Shown here one piece after another: positions 50,620 through 63,196 of a stretch of 64,000 nt of DNA (position 1 is its first letter; every line of letters begins with the position of its first letter). Below the pieces are notes generated by a model. The model ran no database searches and was not told the origin of the DNA. It was given only the letters and a program-made list of their open reading frames with translations. The translations under genes were made by a program, and so were the position numbers. This DNA comes from Octopus sinensis. Its lineage: Eukaryota. The DNA lies in contig NC_042997.1 in NCBI RefSeq assembly GCF_006345805.1, positions 92,380,001 to 92,444,000 of the forward strand. Reading direction: 5' to 3'.

Positions 50620-50843
50620 TATTTCTTTACTACCCACAAGGGGCTAAACACAGAGAGGACAAACACACGGATTAAGTCGATTATATCGACCCCAGTGCGT
50701 AACTGGTACTTATTTAATCGACCCCGAAAGGATGAAAGGCAAAGTCAACCTCGGCGGAGTTTGAACTCAGAACGTAACGGCAGACGAAATACGGCTACGC
50801 ATTTCGCCCAGCGTGCTAACGTTTCTGCCAGCTCGCCGCCTTA
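50620..50843 (-). mobile_element. tRNA-head SINE family C (Meta-domain-like core), full-length copy with 12-bp target-site duplication; other copies at about 11270-11485, 20855-21050, 37790-37975, 41920-42110, 55540-55660, 55805-56020, 56705-56905, 62195-62410, 62430-63196, 63660-63730
   Basis: GTCACCAGTACC at 50608-50619 and 50844-50855 flanks aaggcggcgagctggcagaaacgttagc...ctgagttcaaa...gactttgcctttcatcctttcggggtcgat. The Meta-domain resemblance is from memory. Confidence 0.88.
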
Positions 50844-51142
50844 GTCACCAGTACCGTTCCATATCCCACAATCCCATTTCCTCTAACTCTTTCTGCCGTA
50901 AACTGCATTCTTCTGGAACTCCTGCTTTATCTTTTACTTGTTTCAGTCATTGGACTGTGACCATGCTGGGGCACCGTCTTGAAGGGTTTTAATGGAACGA
51001 ATCGACTCCAGTATTTATTTTTAAAGCCCGGCATTTACTCTATCGATATTTTGCCGAACTGTTAAATTATGGCGACCTAAACAAACCAACACCGATTGTC
51101 AAGTGGTGGTGGTGGTGGGGGGGGGGCACACACAAAGACATA

Positions 51143-51922
51143 CACTGGCCAAAATAAGTTTAAGACCGATATTGACAGTTCTATTCTTTCATTAACTTTT
51201 TAACAAAACTATAAAACTATTTTGCATTTTACAGTATGTGTAGAACTTTTTTCTCTTTCGAATGATATAGGCATTATAAATCTTTCTACAATTTGGACGG
51301 CGTCTAACGTAAGTCTTTCTATGTGATCCAAAGACGCAGAAGTGGGATTCGTCGCTCCAAAGAACTTTTGACCAGTCTTCAGCCGTCCATTCAATATGGC
51401 TTTTAGCAAACTCGATCCGCTTCCACCAGTTCGTCTCAGAAATTATCGGCTTCTTTCGAGCAATCCGGCCGAACAGTCCAAATTCTTTTCTGACAGTTTG
51501 TGGTGTAAAGCTGATGTCAGTTTCTTCCGATAATTGCTTGCAAATGTCCACTGCTGTTAGCATTCGGTTACCTTCAGAGAGCCTATGAATTCACCTGTAC
51601 TGTTGTTTTTCTCAGAGCGCCCGTTCTTTGCCGATCTTTGTATTGGCCAGTGGCTTGGTAAAGCTTCCATGCTTGAACACAAGCCGTTTTGTTGCATCCT
51701 AATTATTTGTTAATGTTCATGAAGGATACATTTTGCTGAAGAAGCAACACGATCTTTGATCTAGTAACTGGGCTGATACTACGACGCTTTCCCATAGTGA
51801 ATTAATGCGTAACAATGATCGATTATTAAACAAAACAATGCAGTACGACCAGCCATATGACCATCCATTTGATTTGTTAATTTGCATAATCTTGGTACGC
51901 TCTTAAACTTATTTGCCGACAG
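51143..51922 (-). mobile_element. Internally deleted Tc1-like transposon
   Basis: ORF 51192-51563: RIARKKPIIS..RIEFAKSHIEWTAEDWSKVLWSDESHF (first catalytic D of Tc1). The ends share AATAAGTTTAAGA in inverted orientation. It sits next to a family B SINE fragment. Confidence 0.85.
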
Positions 51923-53269
51923 TTTCATGGGAGCTTGATAAACATTCAAATTATCTACAGTAAAACATATACACTGGCTGTGTGGTAAGTAGCTTGCTTA
52001 CCAGTCACATGGTTCCGAGTTCAGCACTGCGTGGCACCTTGGGCAAGTGTCTTCTACTATAGCCTCGGGCCGACCAAAGCCTTGTGAGTGGATTAGGTAG
52101 ATGGAAACTGAAAGAAGCCCGTCGTATATATGTATATATATGTGTGTGTGTGTGTGTTTGTCCCCCCAAAATCGTTTTAAAACCGATGCTGGTGTGTTTA
52201 CGTCCCCGTAACTTAGTGGTTCGGCAAAAGAGACCGATAGAATAAGTACCAGGCTTACAAAGAATAAGTCCTGGGGTCGTTGTGAGTTTGAACCCAGAAC
52301 ATAAAAATGTTATAACTAAATAACGGTATGGTAGTATTTAAAGGAGTTTTAGTTGCTATATTTTTAGCAAGTCGAGCATCTATGTAGAAGGTTTTACTTG
52401 ACTACTCATTCGTTGGTTCACTATGCTGAATTCAATTATCGCGGGAAAATTTATATATAATTGACTGATATTCTATAGAAGAGGAAATATTTTCTTTTCT
52501 TCAATGAACGCCTTAGACACAACAGAATAGCACTAAACTTGAAAACCGTATAGATCTTGAACGAACAAGGTAACTTCTATATAGTCGTTCGACCTTTTAG
52601 AAGCAGCAGTGAAATCTCCCTCAAATTACGCACTACTGTTTTGAAAAGCAAGGAACACATTGGATAATGTAATGCAGAAGAGACGGACGGGATACCCACG
52701 GCTCGAACGTTTTTCATCGTAAGTCGTAATTAGGATTTACCTAAGGTAAAGGACAGTGACCAACTAGAAATGTGAAAGAACTCTTATATATTTTGATAAT
52801 TTAACGTTAAGACTAATTTAATAACAATGAAAGGATCCCAAGAAAAATAAGATTAGTTTGTCGTCTCTTGTATTATTAAGAGTTTATATTGAACATGGCC
52901 GTTCCAAGAAGAGAAAGCAAAGTTCGAAAATGTGACTACTACTGTTGTCTGATTCTGTTAGAGAATGTTGTGCTCATCTTAGTATTTTAGTCCGACAGTT
53001 CGGATGATTGTGTGTGTGTGTGCGTGCTTGCATACATACGGTCTCAAATCTGTATTAATGTCATATGAAACATATTCAGTATTGTGACACTGAAACAATA
53101 TTTGCAGCAGAAGAAAGAGACCAGCAACTATCTTGCCCAAGTTTGTGACCACGAAATCAATAAGATAATTAAGAGAGTTAATGAACTTGAGAAGAGGTAT
53201 GACATAAGAGACGATACAGATCTCTTCCCAAGAAGCATTGGCAAAATCTATTTATCAGAAAAACAAAAT

Positions 53270-54043
53270 ATAAAAGAAAAATGGACCAGTACTTGGTACT
53301 TGGGTACATAGTATGTCAAACACAAACCACAGAAAGGACTGATCATGTCAATGTCTTAGCAAGGAGTACAGACAAATTTATGACATCCTATTTCGAAGGC
53401 TATATATACGCAATCCAAGAACAAGAAACCCCAATCAAATAACTAGAAAATAAAAAGCAGAAAACGTTGACAGACAACAAACGTAGGCTGTGCAAAACCA
53501 AGACTGACAACATTAATCTCATTTTTGCCGACTGCAAGAAAATATCTCCCAGATATCATCTACCAATGGGCATGACGTGGTGGCCAGAACAAGATATCAA
53601 AAAAGAAAACATCTACAGACGATTTTGACTATATTGAGACTGATGTTTCAAAAGAATACTGGTGGAACTTAAAAATTAAAACAACCAGCAAGATAAAACA
53701 TAACCGACCAGATATTGTTGTGTGGGACCACAACGAAAATATATGTTGTGTTGTGGAAATCAGTTGCCCTGTAGACACTAATGTAATAAGAAAAATATAA
53801 GAGAAAGAAGACATCTTTGGACCATTGATAAGGAATTTGCAAATCCAGTACCCAAAATGCACTTTCAGATTTATATCTATTATTACTGGAACAACAGGAT
53901 ACATACCAACCCATCTGGAACAAAGTATAGTTGAACTTGGGACATTGGAAAGAAAACGTAAATCTTTAATTCATACACTACATATAATCATGATATCTGG
54001 AACTCTAAAAACCTGCACGAATTTCTTACGGTTTAAAGGATGA
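53270..54043 (+). mobile_element. 3' fragment of an R2-group (R4/Dong-like) non-LTR retrotransposon with restriction-like endonuclease
   Basis: FEGYIYAIQEQE, degenerate CCHC knuckle RRLCK...DCKKISPRY...HDVVAR, and RLE motif KHNRPDIVVWD...VVEISCPVD; in-frame stops present. Confidence 0.82.
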
Positions 54044-54120
54044 TGAACAGAACAAAATACTTCCTTTCACAACCTTGCTATCAAGTAGGTGGCCAGTCAA
54101 AATTTATTCTTAATTAAACC

Positions 54121-54176
54121 GAGAAAGAAAGAGAGAGAGAGAAAGAGAGGGGAGAGAGAGAAAGAGAGAGAGAGAC
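54121..54176. repeat. (GA)n-rich microsatellite
   Basis: Direct reading. Confidence 0.9.
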
Positions 54177-54329
54177 AGGGGGTAGTTTTGTTGGTGATGC
54201 AAACTTTATTTAGGCAAATCTGTTTGCCGAACAACTGCTTCTGTTGGAGAGTTGAAATTGGCGTTTTATTATATTCTATTTTATTTAAGAGATACAACAG
54301 CTAAAAAGACTTGTTTGTCCGCCTCATAG

Positions 54330-54900
54330 TCTCGGTGGACAAAATAGAAAGGGAGTTACCCCGAAGGATGGCGAAGGAGACGCGCTGGAGCTTCCACTCC
54401 GACTCACAAGGCTCGCACTTGCGGATAGCCATCTCTGCAAAAATACTGACAAATCAAGTCAAGCTTTGATTAAGCTAAACGGAGCTTAAAAGAAGAGCGA
54501 AGGATAGATAGACTGTCAAACAGAGGTTTGTCAGTCACAGAGAGAGAATGAAACTGATCTGCAGCACTCGCCTGCTGCACGGACATCTTCAGTTGTTTGA
54601 TGTCAACCATCTTTAGGTCTCCTGCTTCACATCCATACAAGGCTATTGGCCAAACCAGGACTTTTGGAAGTTTCAGGTTGGTGCTTTTGTAGAGGTTGCA
54701 GTTTCTCCATATTGTCTTGAATAGTTAAGGGCTGACCTTCCTGCATCAAGACTTGCTTCGATTTCTCAGCTACAGTCTACTGTTGGGTTAACAATAGAGT
54801 CCAGGCACTCGGACTTATCAACCCAGGCTAGCTGGACCCCTTGGTATCGTATGGCAGGCAAGCTGCTCTGGTTCTCTGATGGCTACCGTTATCTTCGTTT
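54330..54900 (-). mobile_element. Degenerate RTE (BovB-like) LINE fragment
   Basis: FKTIWRNCNLYKSTNLKLPKVLVWPIALYGCEA matches the RTE thumb consensus IW..TK..L..LV..IA.YGCE. Confidence 0.72.
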
Positions 54901-55666
54901 GTTTTGTGCTGATCTCTAGCTGAAGCTCACAAGAGACTCGGCTAACTTTCAGAGAAAGGGTTACTAATAAAACACGATCTTTATCGACCAAATGGTTAAA
55001 TATTCTAATTGCCTGTATCATTCTGTCAGTTTTTCTTATTTTGTATCTGCTTAGCTGCCTGTCTTTGTATTTAATTGTATAACCAGTTAGATAATTCTCG
55101 TTTTGTCTACCTGTCTGTCTATCTGTTTGCATGCATCTTTTTGCTCCCTTACACAGTCTCTCCCTTTCTTTATTCTTCTCTCTTCTTCCCGCCACATTAT
55201 CCTTTACTCGCTCCAAGCATGTTTGCATGCATTCATCTACCTGCCTGTCTCAATTTTTTTTTGTCTTTTTGTAGCTGCGTGTCCTCGATGTGTCTCTGCA
55301 TCTATCTCATTCCCTGTCTGTTTTTATCCACTTCTCTTTCCCTTTCTATCCAGTTTGCTTGCTAAATTCTTTTTATTTACACAGCTGCTGTATGTCAGAA
55401 CATCATCAGCCAGCCATTTAATCCATTTCTAATCAAATAGTTCTAACATCTGTAGTAATCTACTTAGAAACTACATATGTGCCAGCCCCTTTCTCTACAA
55501 ATGCATTATGTGTCAACTCGCTTTTTTCCCTTTTTTTAAAATATATACTTTAAGTGGTGGATTGGCAGAATCATTAGCGCGTCGGACAAAATGCATGTGC
55601 CATTTATTGCTATTTGCGTACTGAGTTCAAATCTCGCCGAGGTCAACTTTGCTTTTGGTGAAATAT

Positions 55667-56663
55667 TATAATAAACAATCCTCCCTCTTTCTCCTGAAAC
55701 TTTGAATGCTTGAGCAAGGGACCAAAAAAATCATTTATATATATGTGCGTGTGCGCGTGTGTGTGTGTGAATAAACAATATATCAGTATAGATAAAGAGT
55801 AAAGTGACGAGCTGGAAGAATCGTGAGCACGTCGGACAAAAATGCTTAGTGGCATTTTGTCCTTCTTTATATTCTGAGTTTAAATTCTGCCGAAGTCGAC
55901 TTTGTCTTTCACCCTTTCGGAGTCTTTAAAATAAATACTAGTTGAGCATTGGGGTCGATATAATCGACTTACCCACTCCTCCGAAATTGCTGGCCTTGTA
56001 CTAAAATTTGAAACCCATATAAATGAAGAGTGAAAAATATATACTGAAGTAATCCTTGTAAGTTATAACATCGTGAAATACATAAGTAAATACATAACTT
56101 TCTTGTTTGGTTTTATTACACGTAATGCATTTATGTTTGTACGCAGAGAGTGAAAGGAAATCTGCAATACTGAGAATAATAGTTATTTCTGGCCGAAATT
56201 TTTGAGGTTTTCTTAAAGGGAGCCAAAATGTGATGAGAAATCTTTATTCCATTATGTTTATATAATCCTATATTTGATCAACAAATTTCCTAATTAATAC
56301 ATTTAGTGTGTATAGGCCGACAAAGTTGCATATATCTGCGTTATGAAACGATCCCGCAGTGATGATGAATGAACCCATGGAGTCTCATTTTTTGATCCAG
56401 ACAGAATATTGAAGAGAAGCGCACTTTTTGCTTGCGTAATTTCTATTTTTACGACGCCTATGTTATTGCATCTTCTGGTAAAACATAGTCATGTTTATTA
56501 TTTTTATTTTTAAATCAGATTCTGCCGGCTCGTCACTTTACTCTTTATCTATACTGATATATTGTTTATTCACACACACACACATATATATAAATGATTT
56601 TTGGTCCCTTGCTCAAGTATTCAAAGTTTCTGGAGAAAGAGGGCGGATTGTCTATTATTATAT
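55667..56663. repeat. Inverted duplication: arms 55667-55822 and 56518-56663
   Basis: The ORF track shows the same peptide SSLYSLSILIYCLFTHTH on opposite strands; the arms are reverse complements with few mismatches. Confidence 0.9.
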
Positions 56664-59600
56664 CATTGTTTTTCTATTGTTGGTCTCTAGTTGCCTTTCT
56701 AATACTGGTTTCAAATGCAAGCAAGGTCGGACAAGGGAGTTAGTGATTACATCCACTCCAGTGTTCAAATGGTACTTTATCAACCCCAAAAGGATAACGG
56801 GAAAAGTTGACTGGTGGATTTTGAACTCAGAACGTAAAGTCGGACGAAATGCCGCTAGACATTTCGCTCGGCGTGCTAACAGTTCTACCAGCACACCGCC
56901 TAAAGTAAAGTCGGAAGAAATGCCGGTATGCATTTTGTCCGGCACGGTAGCCATCTTGCCAGCTCGTCGCCTTTGTTGCCTCTATATTATTTACTCTCTT
57001 TTACTCTTTTACTTGTTTCAGTCATTTGACTGCCGCCATGCTGGAGCACCGCCTTTAGTCGAGCAAATCGACCCCACGACTTATTCTTTGTAAGCCTAGT
57101 ACTTATTCTATCGGTCTCTTAGGCCGAACCGCTAAGTTACGGGGACATAAACACAGCACCATCGGTTGTCAAGCGATGTTGGGGGGGGGGGGCAAACACA
57201 CACACACACATATACACTCACACACACAAACACACACACACACACATACACGACAGGCTTCTTTCAGTTTCTGTCTACCAAATCAACCCACAAAGCTTTG
57301 GTCGGCTCGAGACTATAGTAGAAGACACTTGCCCAAGGTGCCACACAGTGGGACTGAACCCGGAACCATGTGATTGGTAAGCAAGCTACTCACCACACAG
57401 TCACTCCCGCGCCTATTGTTAATCTTTTTTAACATTTTCTTTTTGATGGGTCCTATTGCTATTTTAACCGAGCTAATTTGCCTACATTTTAGATTAGATG
57501 TAAGTCTTCCTGGCGGTTTGAAAGAGTGAAATACACTTCACCTTAGTTATACTCTATTTTATCTTTTCTTTTATTTGTTTCAGTCTCTGGACTCTGGTCA
57601 TACTGGAGTACCACCTTGAAGGGTTAAGTCGAAAAAATTGACCCATGTACCTATTTTTTAAAGTCTGGTACTTATTCTATCGTTCCGTTTTGTCGAACCG
57701 CAAAGTTACGGGAACGTAACCAAATCAACATCGGTTGTGAAGCTGTTGGTGGCATGTAGGGAACAAACACAGATCCTTCAAATTTATCCAATATTTATCC
57801 GAAGGAATGCCGCTAAACATTTTGCTCTGCTTTCTAATGAGTCTGTCAGCTCGCCACTCTATGAAATAATAATAATAGTTTCAAATTTAGGCAAGCAGAG
57901 TTAAGCTCAGCGAAATTTGAACTCAGAACGCAAAGAGCCGGAACAAAATAATGAAAGCTCCAACTATTCTACCATCGTTATTATTTCTGAAAGAAGTAGA
58001 ATGTTACACAAGTTGGGGACATATATAGTCAATTTAATCAATGCTAATACTTTATTGTATCTACCTCTGAGACACGAAATAGTAAACCCTGGTGAAATTT
58101 GAGCATAGAATGTAATGTCAGTTTACTGCAAATCACTTTTCCAGCGATCAATTGATTTTGCTAATCAGTATTTCATATGGAAAAAAAGATAAGAGTTTGT
58201 GTCATTTAGGCTTTTCTTAAGCGCATTACCGAACTCTGTAAAGTGAACTGGTTTCAGGTAGGTTTCGAAACCGTATGAATGACAGTCTCAGCTCAAAAGG
58301 AACTTAATCTTGTGCTGCAATTATGAATTAATATAAAATTACAGCTCCAGCCCCCCCCCCACACACACACAAAAAAGAAAGAAAAAAGGTGAGGTGGGGC
58401 GGGGGATAAAACGAAAAAAAATACAAAAGAAGAACTTGAAAAAAAAATGGCTCATGGAATTCTTAAAGTTAGTCAGAAACTGCAAAGGCAAAAGTACTGA
58501 ATATAAATGTTTATAGATAAAAATATATTGTATGTAATATTGATCTTTAATTCGTGCAAGAACACCGCAAACTGGCGATGTTATCAATGGCTGTGATGAT
58601 ATCGATATAACATCAATTTCAATCCGTTCATTTGGAGTAGCTTCAGAAAGTACATACATTGTAATATTCGTTCCAGTCACTTTCAAATTCACCGATCAAT
58701 GCCATTCTTTGAAATCAACTATTTTTCCATTTAGCAACTTCTCTTGGTTTATTTGTTTTCTCTCACCATTGTTGTTCATCGTTCTTCCAGATATAATCGA
58801 TAAATCCAAATTAATTTCAGCACATTTACATGTTGTTCTGGGAACGTACTGAACGGAAGAGTAACTTCCATTGGTAGATTTAGAGAAACCAAGAACAAAC
58901 AGCACAAAAAAAAAAATCTTGTAGACAAGGTATGTTTTGTAAAGGCTCAGTCTTTCGTTTTGACATTTAACACGTAAAAAGTAGGCGTGGCTGACTTTCT
59001 TGTTACTCATGCATCCAAGTTATTTAGTTGTTTGATTTATGTAACTGGTGTTTATTTTCTAGCTTCGAGAAGGAAGAAAAGCTTATTCGATTAGTTAAGA
59101 ATCCAATTTGAAGTTTTCTCATCCGTACTAAAATCTTAATAGAAATTAGACTTCTTCAAATGTGCTATACCACCCCATGTCGTTTCCTAAACGTAATTTG
59201 TCAGTCTGAAAAATTGAACTGATAGTAACCTTTAAGCATGTGGTGTTTATGCGTCTAAGTATAACGTGTTAAATTTGATTTACGCTACATAGCCGAAGAT
59301 ATTTCCTTCAAGATTACAGTAAATATATAGTTAATCCTAGCTCCTTTTTCCGTCTTGAAACCTGATAATAATAATAAAAAAAGAATAAGCTAACAATCCT
59401 TTCAAAATCAGCCAAAAAAAGGGGTTCTTTTAATAAAAGAAGTGGGGATGTTGTCAGGGGAGCATGGTGATGAGAAGGGTTTCAGTTAATTGATAGAGCG
59501 TACAGCAACAACAGCAAAAGAAACAGCAACGAAATAAAACGAAGTAACCTAAAAATAATCTGAAGTCGAGATTGAAAGCAGAAAAGGAAAAAAAATATAA

Positions 59601-60026
59601 AGACAACACAAAATAAAAAATAACAATAATACATTACATAGTTTAATTTTTTATTTTTTTTTAGATTGACAATATTTGAGGATAACAGGAAATGTGGAAA
59701 ATAGCATCAACTTTCTTCAGAAAAGCATGAAAACATAAAGAACACAACTGACCGCGAATAGTCAGAACCGTAAGGAGGTTAATGTTCGAAGGGTAGAGTC
59801 TGAAGGAGACAGTGTGTCGCCAGGATTGTTGATAGTAATCTTTATGATTCTAACAGAGATGCCACGGGAAAATAAATTAAGAAAAATGGCGTGGATTTTA
59901 TACATTCGTACATCTCACACACACACACACGTAGTAGTTATATGCATGTATTTGCTCGCTCATGTGTATGGGTGTGTGCATGGATATACATAAATATGCA
60001 GACATACACGCATATACATACATGTG

Positions 60027-60070
<44 letters not shown>
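60027..60070. repeat. (TA)n microsatellite
   Basis: Direct reading. Confidence 0.95.
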
Positions 60071-60075
<5 letters not shown>

Positions 60076-60959
60076 CACAAATATACATATGCGACCGTGC
60101 GCGCACAAAGATGCAAACACTCACACAGACATACACCATAAACTTAAAATAGACTCGTATATTCTATATAGTAAATAATTTAAAGTAATTAAGAGAACTG
60201 GAGTGAAGGGGCGTACAGGTGCTATGTAATCAAAGTTGTAATTATAACAGCGAAAATATAATTTACAACACATGAACGATCAAAGAAGACTCTAATTTGA
60301 AATTGGAAGAAATTGGAAATTAGTATATTTTTGGTTTTCCAGAGACATTCTCGCTACCGATCGTATCTGGACTAGGGATTCGATTTTTTCTCCAAATTTG
60401 CCGCTGCCCCATAAATAGTTAATGTAAAACATAAGCTTGCAAGAATTCTTCAGACAACATCTGAAAATGATTTACATGGGATTTACCAGATTAAAGTCGT
60501 TTCCTCATTAGTCTCGGTATGATGTTTTTGGAGAAGATGATGGTAATATTGTTGTGTTTTGCTGGATTGGAGCGATAGAGGCTCCTGGTAATGATAAGTG
60601 GCGATAATACTATTAGTGATAAAAACGGTTGACGGTGGTGGCGATGATATTGATATCATTGATGATGATACTTATGATGATGAGAATGAAATATTTTTAA
60701 TGTAAAACTACTATTCCGTCATCAAATCAACAGAAAGTGTTGTCACTTAATTACTAAAGACTATATCAGTCCAATCCAAGCGCTATTACATGTTTTTCGT
60801 TTAATTCGGATTCTAAAAACCATCCTATACTTTATTTAGAACCACAATTTTCCAAATTTATCACAGATAATAGTGTAGTGGTAAATACATCACCTGCAGT
60901 TTTGTAGGCTAGTAATTTCATTGCAAAGTAATTTTATTACAAACTAATACTTCTTAATT

Positions 60960-61520
60960 TCGTTCACTTCATGTGGAGCATAGGGCGCCTACAAAAGATC
61001 TCCAACTGTCTCAATCTTTGGAAATGGATTACGGTTGTCTCCAAGTGTAGTCGCCTACCAGTGCTTCAGTTTCTGCAGACCATCTCTGTTGTTTTTGGTC
61101 TGTCATGCTTCCACTTCTCTTGCGGTGTCTATCAGAGAGTTTGCCTTATAATGTAGGAAGCAGGTTTCCGTAGGGTGTGTCCTAGCCAATCCATTGTCTC
61201 CCATTGAGCCTGAGTTTCAATAAATTGCTGGTTCACCTGTTGCCATAAAGGTTTTGTTTGTGAATCTGTCTCGCAATCCCAAAGGATGTTCCGCTGACAT
61301 CTATTCACAAACGCTTGCAGCTTGTCGATAGAGAACTTTGTACCTCGCCAAATTTCACACAAGTACTGTAGAATCAGCTTCACGTTCTTGTTAAAGGTTC
61401 TGAGTTTTGTGTTTTTTTTGACAAGGTCTTCAGCTTGGTTCGAGCATCCAGAACGCAGCTGTAGCTTGCCAAATCTTTGTCTTTTATATTCTGATCTGTT
61501 ACAACGTGCAAGGCCTCCGC
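60960..61520 (-). mobile_element. Degenerate RTE LINE 3' fragment (third RTE lineage)
   Basis: KNTKLRTFNKNVKLIL..CEIW..KLQAFVNRCQRNIL..WLGHTLRKPASYIIRQTL. Confidence 0.82.
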
Positions 61521-61638
61521 GAACCGATACATCGTTGGTAAATTTATTATGATTTTTATTCACAGCATAAATATATTGCATTTAACTAACAATGGAAAAT
61601 AAATTCAATGGCCAAACAAGTATCAACATTAATTTTAT

Positions 61639-61671
<33 letters not shown>

Positions 61672-61784
61672 CATAATCATCATCGTTTAACATCCACTTT
61701 CCATGGGTTGGACGATTTGACTGAGGTCTGGCGAACCAGATGGCTGCACCAGACTCATATATATATATATTTTCGATTCCTAGA

Positions 61785-62094
61785 CCGGGCGTTGTGAGTG
61801 TTTATTGAGCGAAAACACCTAAAAGCTCCACGAGGCTCCGGCAGGGGATGGTGGTGATCCCTGCTGTACTCTTTCACCACAACTTTCTCTCACTCTTACT
61901 TCCTGTTTCTGTTGTACCTGTATTTCAAAGGGCTGGCCTTGTCACTCTCTGTGTCACGCTGAATATCCCCGAGAACTACGTTAAGGGTACACGTGTCTGT
62001 GGAGTGCTCAGCCACTTACACGTTAATTTCACGAGCAGGCTGTTCCGTTGATTCGGATCAACCGGAACCCTCGTCGTCGTAACCGACGGAGTGC
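61785..62094 (-). mobile_element. Interspersed repeat family D with a highly structured, non-tRNA 5' head
   Basis: GC- and CpG-rich 310-bp block with nested hairpins (CGUCG-GUUA-CGACG; GUUCC..GUUGAU/AUCAAC..GGAAC), bounded by (TA)n. Confidence 0.6.
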
Positions 62095-62429
62095 TTCCAT
62101 ATATATATATGAAGAAATTAATCAAAATTACTTTTTTAATGAAATCACAAAACTGTATTCAAAAGATAACATTATTTGAAAGGGAAGGAAAGCGGTAGCT
62201 GGCAGAATCGTTAACACACTGGACAAAATGATAAGTGGCATTCTGTCCATCTTTACGCTCTGAGTTCGAATTCCGCCGAGGTCGACTTTGCATTTCATCC
62301 TTTTGGGGTCGATAAAAACAAGTACCAGTTAAATACTGGATTCGATGCAATCAACTTCCACCTCTCCTCAAAAACTACTTTATCTGCGCCAAAACTTGAA
62401 ACCATTATTTGAAAGTGAGGGAGAGAAAA

Positions 62430-63196
62430 ATATTTTTTCTACTCTAGGAACAAGGCCCGAAATTTTTGGGGAGGGAGTGCCCGTTGATTAGATCGACTCC
62501 AGTACGCAACTGGTGCTTAATTTATCGACCCCGAAAGGATGAAAGGCAAATTCGACCTCGGCGGAATTTGAACTTGGACGTAAAGACAGACGAAGTACCG
62601 CTAAGCATTTCGCCCGGCGTGCTAAAGTTTCTTATTTCTTTACTGCCCACAAGGGACAATACACAGAGGGGACAGACAAACGGATTAAGTCGATTATATC
62701 GATCCCAGTGCGTAGCTGGTACTTATTTAATCGACCCCGAAAAGATGAAAGGCTAAGTCGACCTCGACGGAATTTGAACTCAGAACGTGGCGGCAGACGA
62801 AATACCTAGTTCTTTACTACCCACAAGGGGCTAAACACAGAGAGGACAAACAAGGAGAGACAAACGGATTAAGTCGATTATATCGACCCCAGTGCGTAAC
62901 TGGTACTTATTTAATCGACCCCGAAAGGATGAAAGGCAAAGTCGACCTCGACGGAATTTGAACTCAGAACGTGGCGGCAGACGAAATACCTATTTCTTTA
63001 CTACCCACAAGGGGCTAAACACAGAGAGGACAAACAAGGAGAGACAAACGGATTAAGTTGATTATATCGACTCCAGTGCGTAACTGGTACTTATTTAATC
63101 GACCCCGAAAGGATGAAAGGCAAAGTCGACCTCGACGGAATTTGAACTCAGAACGTAGCGACAGACGAAATACGTTTCTGCCTGCTCGCCGCCTTG
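62430..63196 (-). repeat. Head-to-tail tandem array of family C SINE units (three near-identical 174-184 bp units plus one diverged unit)
   Basis: Unit starts (tttact) at 62639, 62813 and 62997; periods 174 and 184 bp. Confidence 0.9.

Noticed and set aside
51975-52050. tRNA genes at SINE heads (families B and C)
   Set aside because: A/B-box-like motifs are present, but there is no complete cloverleaf and each head continues into a SINE body.
59882-59892. AAAATGGCG (YY1-like or start-codon context)
   Set aside because: A single short motif; the following frame runs into a microsatellite and stops, so there is not enough support for a promoter call.
62634-63196. CRISPR-like array
   Set aside because: The units are 174-184 bp SINE bodies with no unique spacers, and the DNA is eukaryotic.
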